Origin: a bacterium
GTDB taxonomy: Bacteria; Patescibacteriota; Patescibacteriia; UBA9934; GWF2-40-263
Direction of reading: 5' to 3'
Assembly (NCBI GenBank): GCA_021789915.1
Contig: JAJYIV010000001.1
Span: forward strand, 375-64,374
Length of the DNA: 64,000 bases
The translations under genes and the position numbers were made by a program. Positions 49,009-59,300 of the stretch are shown one piece after another. How positions within the stretch are numbered: position 1 is the stretch's first letter; the number at the start of each line of letters is the position of its first letter. A model generated the notes under the pieces. That model did no database searches, was not told the DNA's origin, and saw only the letters and a list, made by a program, of their open reading frames with translations.

Positions 49009-50223
49009 TCAAGGCGAAGCGATCGCCTCGGCCATGAGCTGCTCCAGCCGGTCGACGTAATGGCCCAAGCGGTACGGCTCCATCGCCTGCTGGATCTCTC
49101 CCGCCTTGGCGCGCCACGCGTCGGCCTCCGCGTTCAGCCGGCGGAAGGCGGCCAGCCATTCGTCGCGCCGGCCCGGCGTCACGAGCAAGCCGTTTTTTTC
49201 ATCGCGCACCAGCTCCCCCACGCCGCCGAGGCGCGAGGCGACGACCGGCACGCCAGCCAGCAGCGCCTCGTAGATGACCGTCGGGGAATTCTCATAGCAC
49301 AGGGACGGGACGACGGCGGCGTCGGAGATGGCGAAGAGCTTCATCAGATTGTCCAGCGAGACGAATCCGTGGTACACGACGCGCGGATCATGCCGGGCCC
49401 AGGCGGCGACTTCGCGCGACAGCGTGCCGTCGCCCGCCACGTGCAGGAGGAACGGAACGTCGAGCGCGCCCAGCGTCTTCAGGAGGAAGCGCAAACCCTT
49501 GTGCTCCTCGAGCTGCCCGGCAAACAGCAGGCTCAGCGGCGCGCCGTCGGGACGGCTGCCGCGGGGGCCCGGCGGCATTTCCGGGGCCGGGTTTGGCAGA
49601 ACCTCCATGCGGCTGCCCCCGAAAAGATGCCGTGAACGGTAAAAGTCCGCCAGCCAATGGGACGGCGAGATGACGACGCCGGGCGAGCCGACGGTGCGGC
49701 GCACCTGGCCTTCGTACCACCAGCGGCAGGCGCCGCGGTTCAGGAACGCGTCTTCGCGTCCGTACATGAGGAGGCCGCTCGGCACCGACAGCTGCACGTC
49801 GTGCAGCGTGTGCACGTGCGGCAGCCCCAGGCGGCGTATGGCCGCGGCGATCTGCAATCCGATGCCTTTGAGATTGTGGGTCAGCACGGCGTCCGGCCGT
49901 TCCTCCGCCGCCAGGCGGCGGAACATGCCGGCCGGCAGGGGGCTGTACAAATCGATCAGATGCCACAGCGCGCGCGCCGGAAACGGATGCGCGGCGGCCG
50001 ACAGCGGATGGTACAGGTTGGGCGGGTAGAAGCGGTAAACCGTCTCCAGCTGCGGTTCGGCCTCCAGACGGAACGCCGAAAACGGCCCGCCGTACGGCAT
50101 GGTGGACAGCACGGACACCTTGTGGCCGCGCGCGTACAGCGCGTGCGCCGTGCGCCAGGCGATCTGTTCGGCGCCGCCGCGGGCGTAAGGCGGATAGAGA
50201 TTGGAGACGATGGCGAGGCGCAT
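49009..50223 (-). CDS. glycosyltransferase family 4
   Basis: YPP..RGGAE, HKG, PSLCYENSPTVIYEA. Confidence 0.92.
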   Translation of the reverse strand: MRLAIVSNLYPPYARGGAEQIAWRTAHALYARGHKVSVLSTMPYGGPFSAFRLEAEPQLETVYRFYPPNLYHPLSAAAHPFPARALWHLIDLYSPLPAGMFRRLAAEERPDAVLTHNLKGIGLQIAAAIRRLGLPHVHTLHDVQLSVPSGLLMYGREDAFLNRGACRWWYEGQVRRTVGSPGVVISPSHWLADFYRSRHLFGGSRMEVLPNPAPEMPPGPRGSRPDGAPLSLLFAGQLEEHKGLRFLLKTLGALDVPFLLHVAGDGTLSREVAAWARHDPRVVYHGFVSLDNLMKLFAISDAAVVPSLCYENSPTVIYEALLAGVPVVASRLGGVGELVRDEKNGLLVTPGRRDEWLAAFRRLNAEADAWRAKAGEIQQAMEPYRLGHYVDRLEQLMAEAIASP

Positions 50224-50231
50224 AGCGGGGA

Positions 50232-50470
50232 GCGTAGAAAACGTAGAACGTAGGATCGCTCGTCACGGTTGGGGCCAGACTCGCTCGTAGAAACGACGCG
50301 GTTCGGACGGCGTTTCAACGTAGAAAGCGTAGAAGACGTAGAAAACGTAGAAACGACGCGGACGAGACATTCCTACGATTTCTACGCTCTACGAGCCCGG
50401 CGCAGCCGGGCGATTCTACGTCTTGTACGTTCTACGAACGAGGCCGAAGGCCGAGCGATTCTACGCCTTC
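50232..50470 (+). repeat. GTAGAA/TTCTAC modular repeat element, copy D
   Basis: core plus both GC-rich modules; encodes the C-terminus of the upstream GT4. Confidence 0.88.
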
Positions 50471-51655
50471 GCGATACACCTCCTCCAACCGATCCATCAG
50501 CGGATCCCAGGCGTAATCGCGCAGGACGCGCGCCCGCGCCGCCAAGCCGAGACGCTCGCGCAACGCCGCGTCGGGAAGCAGCGTCCGCAGGGCGTCCGCC
50601 AGCGCGGCGGCGTCGCCCGCCGGCACGCACCAACCGGTTTCCCCGTGCAGCACGACGCTGCGCACACCCGGGAGGTCGGACACGACGCTCGGCACGCCCG
50701 AGGCGGCGGCCTCGAGCGCGACCAGGCCGAAGGCTTCCCCGCTGGAAACGGACGGCAGCACGTGGACCTGCGAGGCGCGGTAGAGGTCCGGCAATGCCTC
50801 GTCCGCCACGGCGCCGAGGAATCGCACGCGTTCCGCCATGCCGAGACGCCGCGCCTCGGCCTCGTAGGCCGCGCGCAAATCCCCGTCGCCGACGATGAGG
50901 GCGTTCCACGGCGCCACGCGCCCCCCCCTGCCCGAGGGGGGGCTGCCGGCCGGCCGCAAGGCGGCAGGCGGGGGGGTGGGAGCGGCCGCGATGCGGGCCA
51001 GCGCTTCCAGCAGCACCGGCACGCCCTTGAACGCGTGCGCCTCGTCCAACCCGCCGACGAACAGGACCGTCGGCCCGCTCCCCAGCGAGAGCCGCGCGCG
51101 CGTCTCCGACGCGTCGCCCGGATGGAATCGCTCGCCGTCCACGCCGAACGGCAGCTCGACGAGGCGGTCGGCCAGCTTCGGCAGCGCGGCGAGCGCCGAG
51201 GAGCGGGCGTAATCGAGCGAGCTCACGAGCACGCGGTCCGCCCGCGCGATGAGCCACGGGAACAGCGCGCGCCGGTGCGCCTCGAACGCCAGCCCCTTCA
51301 GCCCGTTGGCATGCGTATCCATGTGGTACGTCACGACGAGCGCCTGATCGCCCCGCAGCGCCTTGCGCACGATGGTCGGCTCCGCGCCGCCGAAGAACGG
51401 ATAATGCAGGTGCACCAAATCAAAACCGGACAGGCGGCGGAACAGCGACGGCACGGCAGCGGCGTTGCCGACCGAGAGCGGCGACGGCACGCGGTGGACG
51501 AAATCCGGATCTTCCGGAATCTCGCGGTCGAAGCGCGGCGTGAACACGTGGACGTCCTCGCCGCGCGCGCGCAAACGCTCCGTGTACGCGTGCGCCACGT
51601 TTCCCATGCCGCCGTGGTACGGCGGGTAGGTTGAGACGACCTGGGCGATGTTCAT
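50432..51655 (-). CDS. glycosyltransferase family 4 with in-frame palindromic insert
   Basis: YPPYHGG, FKG, EAFGLVALEA. Confidence 0.92.
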   Translation of the reverse strand: MNIAQVVSTYPPYHGGMGNVAHAYTERLRARGEDVHVFTPRFDREIPEDPDFVHRVPSPLSVGNAAAVPSLFRRLSGFDLVHLHYPFFGGAEPTIVRKALRGDQALVVTYHMDTHANGLKGLAFEAHRRALFPWLIARADRVLVSSLDYARSSALAALPKLADRLVELPFGVDGERFHPGDASETRARLSLGSGPTVLFVGGLDEAHAFKGVPVLLEALARIAAAPTPPPAALRPAGSPPSGRGGRVAPWNALIVGDGDLRAAYEAEARRLGMAERVRFLGAVADEALPDLYRASQVHVLPSVSSGEAFGLVALEAAASGVPSVVSDLPGVRSVVLHGETGWCVPAGDAAALADALRTLLPDAALRERLGLAARARVLRDYAWDPLMDRLEEVYREGVESLGLRPRS

Positions 51656-51660
51656 AACGG

Positions 51661-51861
51661 ACGTAGAAAACGTAGAATCGCTCGTCGCGGTTGGGGCCAG
51701 ACTCGCTCGTAGAACGTAGAAAGCGTAGAAGACGTAGAAAACGCAGAAACGACGCGGGTGAGACGCTTCGACGCTTCTACGCCTTCTACGAGCGAGCCGA
51801 AGGCGAGCGATTCTACGCCTTCTACGCTCTACGAGCGAGGCCGAAGGCCGAGCGATTCTAC
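51661..51861 (+). repeat. GTAGAA/TTCTAC modular repeat element, copy E
   Basis: core AATCGCTCGTCGCGGTTGGGGCCAGACTCGCTCGTAGAA plus modules. Confidence 0.85.
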
Positions 51862-52196
51862 TCCTGTTTCCTCTCTAAATCCTTCAGCGCCAGCGCGCGC
51901 ACGAGCTTGGTGATCTCGCGCTGCGTTTCCTCGATCTTCACGAACAGGCGGAAGGACAGATAGAACAACAGCGCGAGGGCGGCGTAGATGACGAGATCGG
52001 AGCCGCGGCCGACGCCCACGGCATTGGCCAGCCACGTCGTCGACTGCGGCAGCAGCGCCACGGCGGCCACGGCCATCCACAGGATGATGAATCCGAGCAG
52101 CCCGGCGGCGCGCAGCCTGCCGGCGCGAAACTGCGCCGCGGCGCGCGCGACGGCGAAAACGGCGAAGGCGAGGATGAGAAGCTGGATGGGAAGCAT
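51858..52196 (-). CDS. DUF2304-family membrane protein
   Basis: GVGRGSDL, ITKLVR.LAL; follows a GT2 gene. Confidence 0.88.
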   Translation of the reverse strand: MLPIQLLILAFAVFAVARAAAQFRAGRLRAAGLLGFIILWMAVAAVALLPQSTTWLANAVGVGRGSDLVIYAALALLFYLSFRLFVKIEETQREITKLVRALALKDLERKQE

Positions 52197-52206
52197 GGGG
52201 AAAGAT

Positions 52207-52290
52207 TTTAGCCGCCAGGCGTCAGGGGCGTAGGCGTTAGGCGTTCGCCCGCGTTTCCCACCTGATGGCTGACGGCTGATGGCTCGCGGC
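52207..52290. repeat. degenerate inverted 7-mer arrays
   Basis: (GTYAGGC)-like units then CTGATGG CTGACGG CTGATGG. Confidence 0.55.
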
Positions 52291-52318
52291 GTTCTGCAGG
52301 GCAACCACCCCTAACCCT

Positions 52319-52987
52319 TTACTCGAACAGCCGCCTCACGACCATGCGTCCGAGCATCTTCACGCCAACGAAGAATCCCTGCCCTTTTGACAGCGAATAC
52401 TCGGTGTAGATGGCCCTGATCGGGATCTCGCGCAGGCGCAAGCCGTGGCGCCGCGCTTCCGCGACGATCTCCGAGGACACTTCCATGCGGTCGCTTTGCA
52501 CGTGAATGGCGTCCAGGGCGCGCCGCGACAAGGCACGGAAACCGGACTGGCTGTCCGTCACCCATGCGCCGTAGAGGACCGCCGTCGCGAGATTGCCAAG
52601 CCGGTTGGCGGCGACGCGGTGCCAGGGCATGGGGGCGCAGTTCCCCAGCAGCCGCGAGCCGATGACGACGTCCGCTCCCTCGCGCAGGGCCTCCGCGAAA
52701 CGCGGGATCTCTTCCGGCTCATGCTGGCCGTCGGCGTCCAGCGTGACGACCGCGTCCGCCCCCAGGCGGCGCGCGGCGGCGAATCCCGTTCCCAAGGCGG
52801 CGCCAAGACCGCGGTTCACGGCATGCCGCAGCACCGTGGCGCCGACGCGCGCCGCCGCTTCGGACGTCCCGTCCGCCGACCCGTCGTCAACCGCGACCAC
52901 ACGGTCGACGAACGGCCGCGCGCGCGAAACCACGGCCCCCACGTGCGTCGCCTCGTTGAAGGCCGGAATGACGGCGATGATCTTCAT
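52319..52987 (-). CDS. glycosyltransferase family 2 (polyprenol-phosphate glycosyltransferase-like)
   Basis: IPAFNE, VDDGS.DGT, DADGQH, DSQSGFRA. Confidence 0.93.
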   Translation of the reverse strand: MKIIAVIPAFNEATHVGAVVSRARPFVDRVVAVDDGSADGTSEAAARVGATVLRHAVNRGLGAALGTGFAAARRLGADAVVTLDADGQHEPEEIPRFAEALREGADVVIGSRLLGNCAPMPWHRVAANRLGNLATAVLYGAWVTDSQSGFRALSRRALDAIHVQSDRMEVSSEIVAEARRHGLRLREIPIRAIYTEYSLSKGQGFFVGVKMLGRMVVRRLFE

Positions 52988-53052
52988 ACGGCCAAACTAT
53001 CATCTGTTTCCGCGGGAACGTCAAACCGCGGCGCGCCGCCCGGGACGGGCGG

Positions 53053-54066
53053 CTAACCCATCGTCAACAGCAGTTTGTTCTCCCGCACGTATTCCACGGT
53101 TTTGCGCAGGCCGTCTTCCAGCCGCACCAGCGGCAGCCAGCCCAAATCCTTGGCCCGGCCGATGCGCGGCGCCGGAAGCTCCGAGAGGAACAGCAGGTCG
53201 GCGCCCGCCACGATTTTGGAAGACGAGCCGACCAGGGCGATCACTTCCCTGGCGACGTCGGAGATGTTCACTTCGGCGTCATGGCCGAAATTGACGACGT
53301 CGGGCGCCTGCGGCGCGGCCATCAGCCGGACGAGGCCGTCCACGACGTCATCCACGTACACGAGCGACGTGCGGAGTTCCCCGTTCCCGTAAATCACGAG
53401 GTCCTTGTTTTCCATCGCGTTCAGCACGAAATCCGGGATGAGCTGGCCGTCGAACAGCGGCAGGCGCGGGCCGTAGGTGCGGAAGACGCGCGCGATGCGC
53501 ACGTCCAGCCGATGGACCTGGCGGTACGTGGCGCACATCGTCTCCGCGAAGCGCTTGCCCTCGTCGTAGCAGGCGCGCGGCGACAGCTGGTCGACGGCGC
53601 CGAACTGCGTCTCTTCGACGAACGGGTCGTCGGCGCGGCGCGGGCCGTACACGACGGAGCTCGAGGTGAAGACGACCCTGGCGCGGTACCGGCGCGCGAT
53701 CTCCAGCGGAACGTACATCCCGAGGGCGTTGGCCAGCAGCGTCTGCATGCGGAACTGGTCGAATCCCGCGATCGACATGGGGCAGGCCAGGTGATAGATC
53801 TCCTGCACGCCCTGGAACGGGATTTTGAAGGCGGCGAGCTCCGCGAAGGATTCCAGATCGAGCGGCTGCGTCACATCCGCGCGCAGGAATTGGAAATCGG
53901 GATTGGACAGCAGCGCCTCGATGTTGCGCTCGTGGCCGGTGGAGAAATTGTCCACGCAGATCACGCGATGGCCATCGCGCAGCAGGCGCTCGCACAGGTG
54001 CGAACCGATGAATCCGGCCCCGCCGGTCACGAGGACGTTCTTTTTTTCGAAGATGGGATCGGGCAT
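53053..54066 (-). CDS. NAD-dependent epimerase/dehydratase, UDP-glucuronate decarboxylase-like
   Basis: TGGAGFIGSHL, HLACP, RACYDEGKR. Confidence 0.9.
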   Translation of the reverse strand: MPDPIFEKKNVLVTGGAGFIGSHLCERLLRDGHRVICVDNFSTGHERNIEALLSNPDFQFLRADVTQPLDLESFAELAAFKIPFQGVQEIYHLACPMSIAGFDQFRMQTLLANALGMYVPLEIARRYRARVVFTSSSVVYGPRRADDPFVEETQFGAVDQLSPRACYDEGKRFAETMCATYRQVHRLDVRIARVFRTYGPRLPLFDGQLIPDFVLNAMENKDLVIYGNGELRTSLVYVDDVVDGLVRLMAAPQAPDVVNFGHDAEVNISDVAREVIALVGSSSKIVAGADLLFLSELPAPRIGRAKDLGWLPLVRLEDGLRKTVEYVRENKLLLTMG

Positions 54067-54099
54067 ACGTGTGCATTGTACGCCATTGGGTCCGATCGC

Positions 54100-54164
54100 T
54101 GTAGGGGCTGGCCCCCGTGCCCGCCCGCCGTATCGCGGGCACCCACAGGGAGTTGCCCCCTACG
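54100..54164. repeat. GTAG-type REP doublet
   Basis: GTAGGGGCTGGCCCCCGTGCCCGCCC...GGGCACCCACAGGGAGTTGCCCCCTAC. Confidence 0.7.
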
Positions 54165-54189
54165 GGGGCGGCGCATCCGACCCATTCCT

Positions 54190-56055
54190 TCATCCTCCTA
54201 CCAGCACCTGCCGGCTGAAGACGTCGTCGCTTTGCGCCGACAGCGGCAGGCCTTCGGGCAGCGTCTCCCAGGAGCCGGCGAGCATGCGCACGAACAAGCG
54301 TTCGAAATGGTTCGCCGCGAGATCCGTCACGCGCCGCCGCGTTCCCCGGTCGACGTACCAGGCGTCGGTCGATCCCGGCGCTTCCATGAGCGCCCCGGAC
54401 GGCCAGGATGAGGAAAGCGCGGCCTGGTCGATATCCGGCCCCTGGCGGAACTTGGTGAAATAGGTCGGCTCGACGTCGATGACGCGCGACGCCCAATCGG
54501 GCCCTCCCAGCGCGCGCGCCGCCGCTTCGTCCTTGATCCAGCGCAGCGTATAACCGTCGGGCGAGACGAAATACGTCCTCGGGTCGCTGGCGATCTTTAC
54601 CCAGTACGTGCCGGGCCGTACGAGGACGGGAGCGCCCAACGGAATCGCCGCCATGTCGGAAGGCGGAATCGTCCTCACGCTGGAAAAATCAGGGAACCAG
54701 CTGCGGAAGATGACGGCGTTCGGGAACGGATGGCGCTTGCCGTCCAGGCCGACGATATAGACCGTCGGCAAGGCGGCAAGGCGGATCAAGGAATCGACGG
54801 GAGCCGACGCAGGCAAAGCGGCATTGGCGGCCGCGCGGTCGTACGCGGACGGCGAGGATTCCCCTCCTGCCAAGCCTGTCCTGAGCGAAGTCGAAGGAGG
54901 GGGGCTGCCTGCTGGCCGCCCGTTGACAGGCGGGGGGGTCTGCATCGCGACCGGCACGGCGGCGCCCGTGTGGTCGAAGGAGCCCGCGATCTGCAGCGCC
55001 CGCCCGACATTCAGCCGGCCCGCGCCGACGGCGCCGACGGGTGCGCCGCCCGTCGACGTGATCGGATCCGCCGACAGCTGCAGGATGGTGCGGATCTGGT
55101 CCGGCGTGAGCGTCGGGTGGACGGAAAGCAGCAGGGCGGCCGCGCCGGAAACCAGCGGCGCGGCGAAGGACGTGCCGGACCAGCCGTCGTCGTACGGCTT
55201 GGTGAAATCGCCGTATTGCGGCCGGTAAAGCTCCGTGCTGAAGACGTCCGTCCCCGGCGCCGCGATGTCCACGCATCCGCCGCCGTAGTTGGAGAAGCTC
55301 GCGCGCGCGTCATTCGCATCCGTCGCGGCGACGCCGATGACCGGCCGGACGCCGTTGGCGTTGAAACAGGCCGGGTAATCCGGCGCCTGCGACAGGTCCG
55401 TTCCCCCGTCGGCATTCCCGACGGCCGCGACGACCACCACTCCTTGCCGATAGGCCCGCTCGATTTCCGTTTCGAGGTCCGGATCCAGGCTGGTGCCGCT
55501 GAAACTCAGGTTGATGACGCGGGCGCCGTGGTCGACGGCGTAGCGGATGGCCGGCACCACGTTGGCGCTGTCCCCGCGCCCGAAGGCGTCCACGATGCGC
55601 AGCGGCATGATTTGGACGCCGAAAGCCAGTCCGGCGATGCCCTGGGCGTTGTCGGCCGTCGCGGCGATTTCGCCGGCGATGATGGTTCCGTGGTCGGCGC
55701 CGTCCGGCAGCCAGCCCTGCGACAGGTCCGGCTCCGGGTCATTGGTGTTTTCCACGAAGTCCCAGCCGTGCACGTCGTCCACGTAGCCGTCATGGTCGTC
55801 GTCGATGCCGTTGCCGGGAATCTCCCCGGGATTCGTCCAGATATGATCCTTGAGGTCGGGATGCGAGAGGTCCACGCCGGAATCCAGGATGGCAACGATG
55901 ACGCTCGAGGAGCCGCGCGCATAGTCCCAGGCCGCGGGAGCGCCGACGCGCGCCAAGTAATCCTGCTTGGCGAAGTCAGGATCGTTCGGGACATAGGCCA
56001 GGGCCGTGAGCGGGATGAACCACGCGGCGAGCAGGGCGGCGATCAGGCGTTTCAT
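54190..56055 (-). CDS. S8 subtilisin-like serine protease with C-terminal surface repeats
   Basis: signal peptide; ILDSG, DHGT, GTSFAAP triad; DDDHDGYVDDVHGWDF. Confidence 0.93.
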   Translation of the reverse strand: MKRLIAALLAAWFIPLTALAYVPNDPDFAKQDYLARVGAPAAWDYARGSSSVIVAILDSGVDLSHPDLKDHIWTNPGEIPGNGIDDDHDGYVDDVHGWDFVENTNDPEPDLSQGWLPDGADHGTIIAGEIAATADNAQGIAGLAFGVQIMPLRIVDAFGRGDSANVVPAIRYAVDHGARVINLSFSGTSLDPDLETEIERAYRQGVVVVAAVGNADGGTDLSQAPDYPACFNANGVRPVIGVAATDANDARASFSNYGGGCVDIAAPGTDVFSTELYRPQYGDFTKPYDDGWSGTSFAAPLVSGAAALLLSVHPTLTPDQIRTILQLSADPITSTGGAPVGAVGAGRLNVGRALQIAGSFDHTGAAVPVAMQTPPPVNGRPAGSPPPSTSLRTGLAGGESSPSAYDRAAANAALPASAPVDSLIRLAALPTVYIVGLDGKRHPFPNAVIFRSWFPDFSSVRTIPPSDMAAIPLGAPVLVRPGTYWVKIASDPRTYFVSPDGYTLRWIKDEAAARALGGPDWASRVIDVEPTYFTKFRQGPDIDQAALSSSWPSGALMEAPGSTDAWYVDRGTRRRVTDLAANHFERLFVRMLAGSWETLPEGLPLSAQSDDVFSRQVLVGG

Positions 56056-56099
56056 GCGACGCATTGTAACACACGGGGAGGCTGCGGCGCGGATTCGCA

Positions 56100-56268
56100 C
56101 GCAGGACTCCCCCTTGCCTCTCCTTGCCAAGTCGGAACTCCCCCTAACCCCCTCTTGAAAAGAGGGGGTGCGCGTTCCGGACCGCGCCATTCCCCTCTTA
56201 CGAAGAGAGGGTGCGCGGGTTCCCATGATCCATCCCCCTCTCTCGGAGAGAGAGTCCGGGGGAGTTCC
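56100..56268. repeat. cluster of CCCCTC...GAGGGG hairpin elements
   Basis: GGAACTCCCCC...GGGGAGTTCC outer stem enclosing CCCCCTCTTGAAAAGAGGGGG and similar hairpins. Confidence 0.65.
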
Positions 56269-56278
56269 GGCAAGAAAC

Positions 56279-56318
56279 GAAAAACACGGAGCCCGCTGGA
56301 GAACGGACCCCGTGTTTT
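56279..56318 (-). terminator. terminator after giant surface protein
   Basis: AAAACACGG...CCGTGTTTT. Confidence 0.6.
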
Positions 56319-56331
56319 CATATTCTCGAAC

Positions 56332-59300
56332 CTACGATTTCGGATTCAAGGCCGTGCGCGTGGCCGCGTCCAGCGCGCCCGTGACGGGCAGCCGCCAGCC
56401 GGCCTGCAATGCCTTCAGCGCGGCGCGGGTCGCCCCGCCGAAGTAGCCGTAGGCGATGCCCTTCGGGATCGTGAGCAGATGCTTGGCGACCAGGAATTGC
56501 TGCAGGGCCGTCACGTCGTCGCCCTTCGAGCCGACCGCAAGGTTCTTGAGATACGCGTGGACGGCTTTGGCGACGGGCGAGGCCGGAGGAGCCGCGGGAG
56601 CGGCGGCAGCTGCCTTCGGATTCAAGGCCGTGCGCGTGGCCGCGTCCAGCGCGCCCGTGACGGGCAGCCGCCAGCCGGCCTGCAATGCCTTCAATGCGTC
56701 GCGCGTCAGCGCGCCGAAGCGGCCGAAGGCCACGCCCTTGGGCATCTTGAGCAGGCCCTTGGCGACCAGGAATTGCTGCAGGGCCGTCACGTCATCGCCG
56801 GTGGAACCGACCGCCAGGTTCTTCAGATACGCGTGAAGCGCCTTGGCGACGGGCTGCGCCGGCGTGGCCGGGGTGGCCGGGGTCGCAGGCGTGGCCGGCG
56901 TCGTCGATGTGGCGGGCGTGGCCGGGGTTGCAGGGGTTGCCGGCGTCGCGGGCGTTGTCGCCGCTGCTGCAGCGACGATGGAGAAGACGCCCGAGATGCC
57001 CGTCGCCTGCGTCACGCCGCTCGCATCGCGGCACTCGATTTTCACCCGGGCCGACGACGTCGCCGCGCTCGGCACCGTCCACGCATAGGATCCCGTATTC
57101 GCCACGCCGGCGGACGCGATGAGCGTGTAGGCGCTGCCGTCCGCCGAGTAGGAGAGCAGGACATCGTGGATGTCCGAGCCGGAGGACGTCCAGACGATGG
57201 ATTGGGCGGCGCCTTCCGTGAGCGAAGCGCCCGCGGCCGGCATGCTTACCGTGCAGGAATCCGTCGCCGGCGCGACATACCCGCCGCCGCCTCCGCTCGC
57301 GCCGCCGGAAGACGGCGTCCGCACGGACGCGGAAGCCGATGCGGCGGATTCGGCGCTGCCGTTCATCGAGGTGATCTCGTAGTAGTACGTCGTGCCGCCC
57401 ACGACCGTCGTGTCCGCGTAGGTCGTCGTCGCGCCGGAAGAAACAGTGGGCTCGCTGCCGACACGGCTGAAGGTCCCCGTGGGGGACGTGCTGCGGTAGA
57501 TGTCGTAGCCGGAGGCGCCGGTGATGGCTCCCCACGAGAGGTTCACCTGCGTGGAGCCGGTCGTCGTCGGCGTGGCAAGGGTCGGCGCCGAAAGAGACCC
57601 CGTGTCGCCGCTGGTCGGCGCATACGTCGACAAGTGGTCGGTGACGGCCGCGATGGTGATGGAGCCGACATTCCCCAGGTTGGCATCCACCGTCTTGCCG
57701 GAGCTGCCGTCCAGGATGCCGCCGCTCGCGTCCTTGTAGATCACGGCCGACGGGAGCGTCGTCCAGTCGCCGCTGGCGTCGTCCTGATACGACATCTTCA
57801 AGGCATCGGCCGCCGTCTTCGTATTGATGCCGGAAGCGGAAAGATCCGACGACGTGAACGTCTTCTCGACGGTGCCGGTGCCGCTCGGCATGGCGTCGAG
57901 CGAATTGTTGTCCGAATCCTTGGCGGTGATGTCCACGGCGGAAGGCACGGTGGAGCTGCCGATCGCCGACTTCAGCACGGTGGCCGTGCCCGTGGAGAGG
58001 ACGCCGCTCGTCTCGTCGCTCTTCACGCTGCCGCTCGACGTCGAGGAGCCGTAGGCGCCGCCGTTGATGACGAGGCTCGCGTCCGCCGAAGCGTCCTTGA
58101 GGACGCCGCCGGAAGCGGGCGCGAACGGCATGGAGGCGGGCGACGTCGCCGAGACGGTCGAGGAGAGGGTGACGGTATTGCCCGTTGCGGAGGGCGCGCT
58201 GCCGGACGTCGTGACCAGGCTGGAAAGCGCCGAGGATTGGTAGCCGTCCGCCGATCCGGAAACCTTCCACGTGCCGTCGGTCACGTGCAGCGTGTAGGCG
58301 CCGGTGGAATCGGTCTGCGCGCTGACGAATCCGCCGCCCAACTTGCTCGCCTGCACGGTGGCGTTCGCGATCGGATTGCCGGAACCGTCAACTGCCGTCC
58401 CCGAAATGGTGTCCGAGGCGATCGGCAGAGTCACACCCAAGGTCGGATTCTCCGCGCTGGTCTTATGCGTCGCGTCGACCGTGACGGACGCGGGAGCGAA
58501 GGCATAGCCCGGCTTGGTGACCGCCATCGTGTACGTCCCGTCTGCCAGATTGGCGGCGTAATTGCCGGAGGCGTCGGTCTGCACGTCCGTGCGGACGCCG
58601 TCGGACGCCGTGAAGGCCACCTGTGCATTCGACACGGCGGCCGGCGTTCCCGCATTGTCATCCACCGTTCCGCTGACGCTCTCAACGCTTGCAGGCGTCG
58701 TCAGCGTCAAGGAGATAGGGCTGCTGGCGACGGTGAGGAGGCCCGCCGCATACCCGCTGCCGCTGAAATCAGACGCGGCGACGGTCATGCCGGGAATGTC
58801 CGCCTGCACGAGATAGGTGCCGGCGGGCAGCGACGTCGTGAAGGTGTTGTTGCCGGACGTCACGTCCTTCAGCCGGAGGAAGGACTGCTGCGCGGCGCCG
58901 CTGCCGCTCGAGACGAAGCTCACCAGGCCGCTCGGGACCTTCGTGATGCCGGTGAGGGCGATCGTGAGCGTAACCGTCACGGCCCCGCTGCCGGAGACCG
59001 CGAAGTTCTTGCCGGACTGATCCGCCGACGCGTCGAAGGCGGCGAGCGGCGGGAGCTGGCCGACGCCCGGCAGGGTGGCCGTCAGAGTGTAGCAGTTCGT
59101 TCCGGAGGTCGTGCAGGCCGGCGCCTTGAAGGAATAGTTGCCGCTGCTGTCCGTTGCCGCCTGGTTGAACGTGCCGTTCGTGCCGACCAGCGAAACGAAC
59201 GCGCCCGGGACGGCGGAGCCGTTCGTCACGGATCCGGAGATCGTCACGAACGTTCCGGTGCCCGTCTGGGACGGAGCGAAATTGACGCCCGTCTGGCCCG

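Noticed and set aside
56056-56226. Extended N-terminus of the S8 protease
   Set aside because: Runs through hairpin repeats; the signal peptide starts at MKRLIAALL
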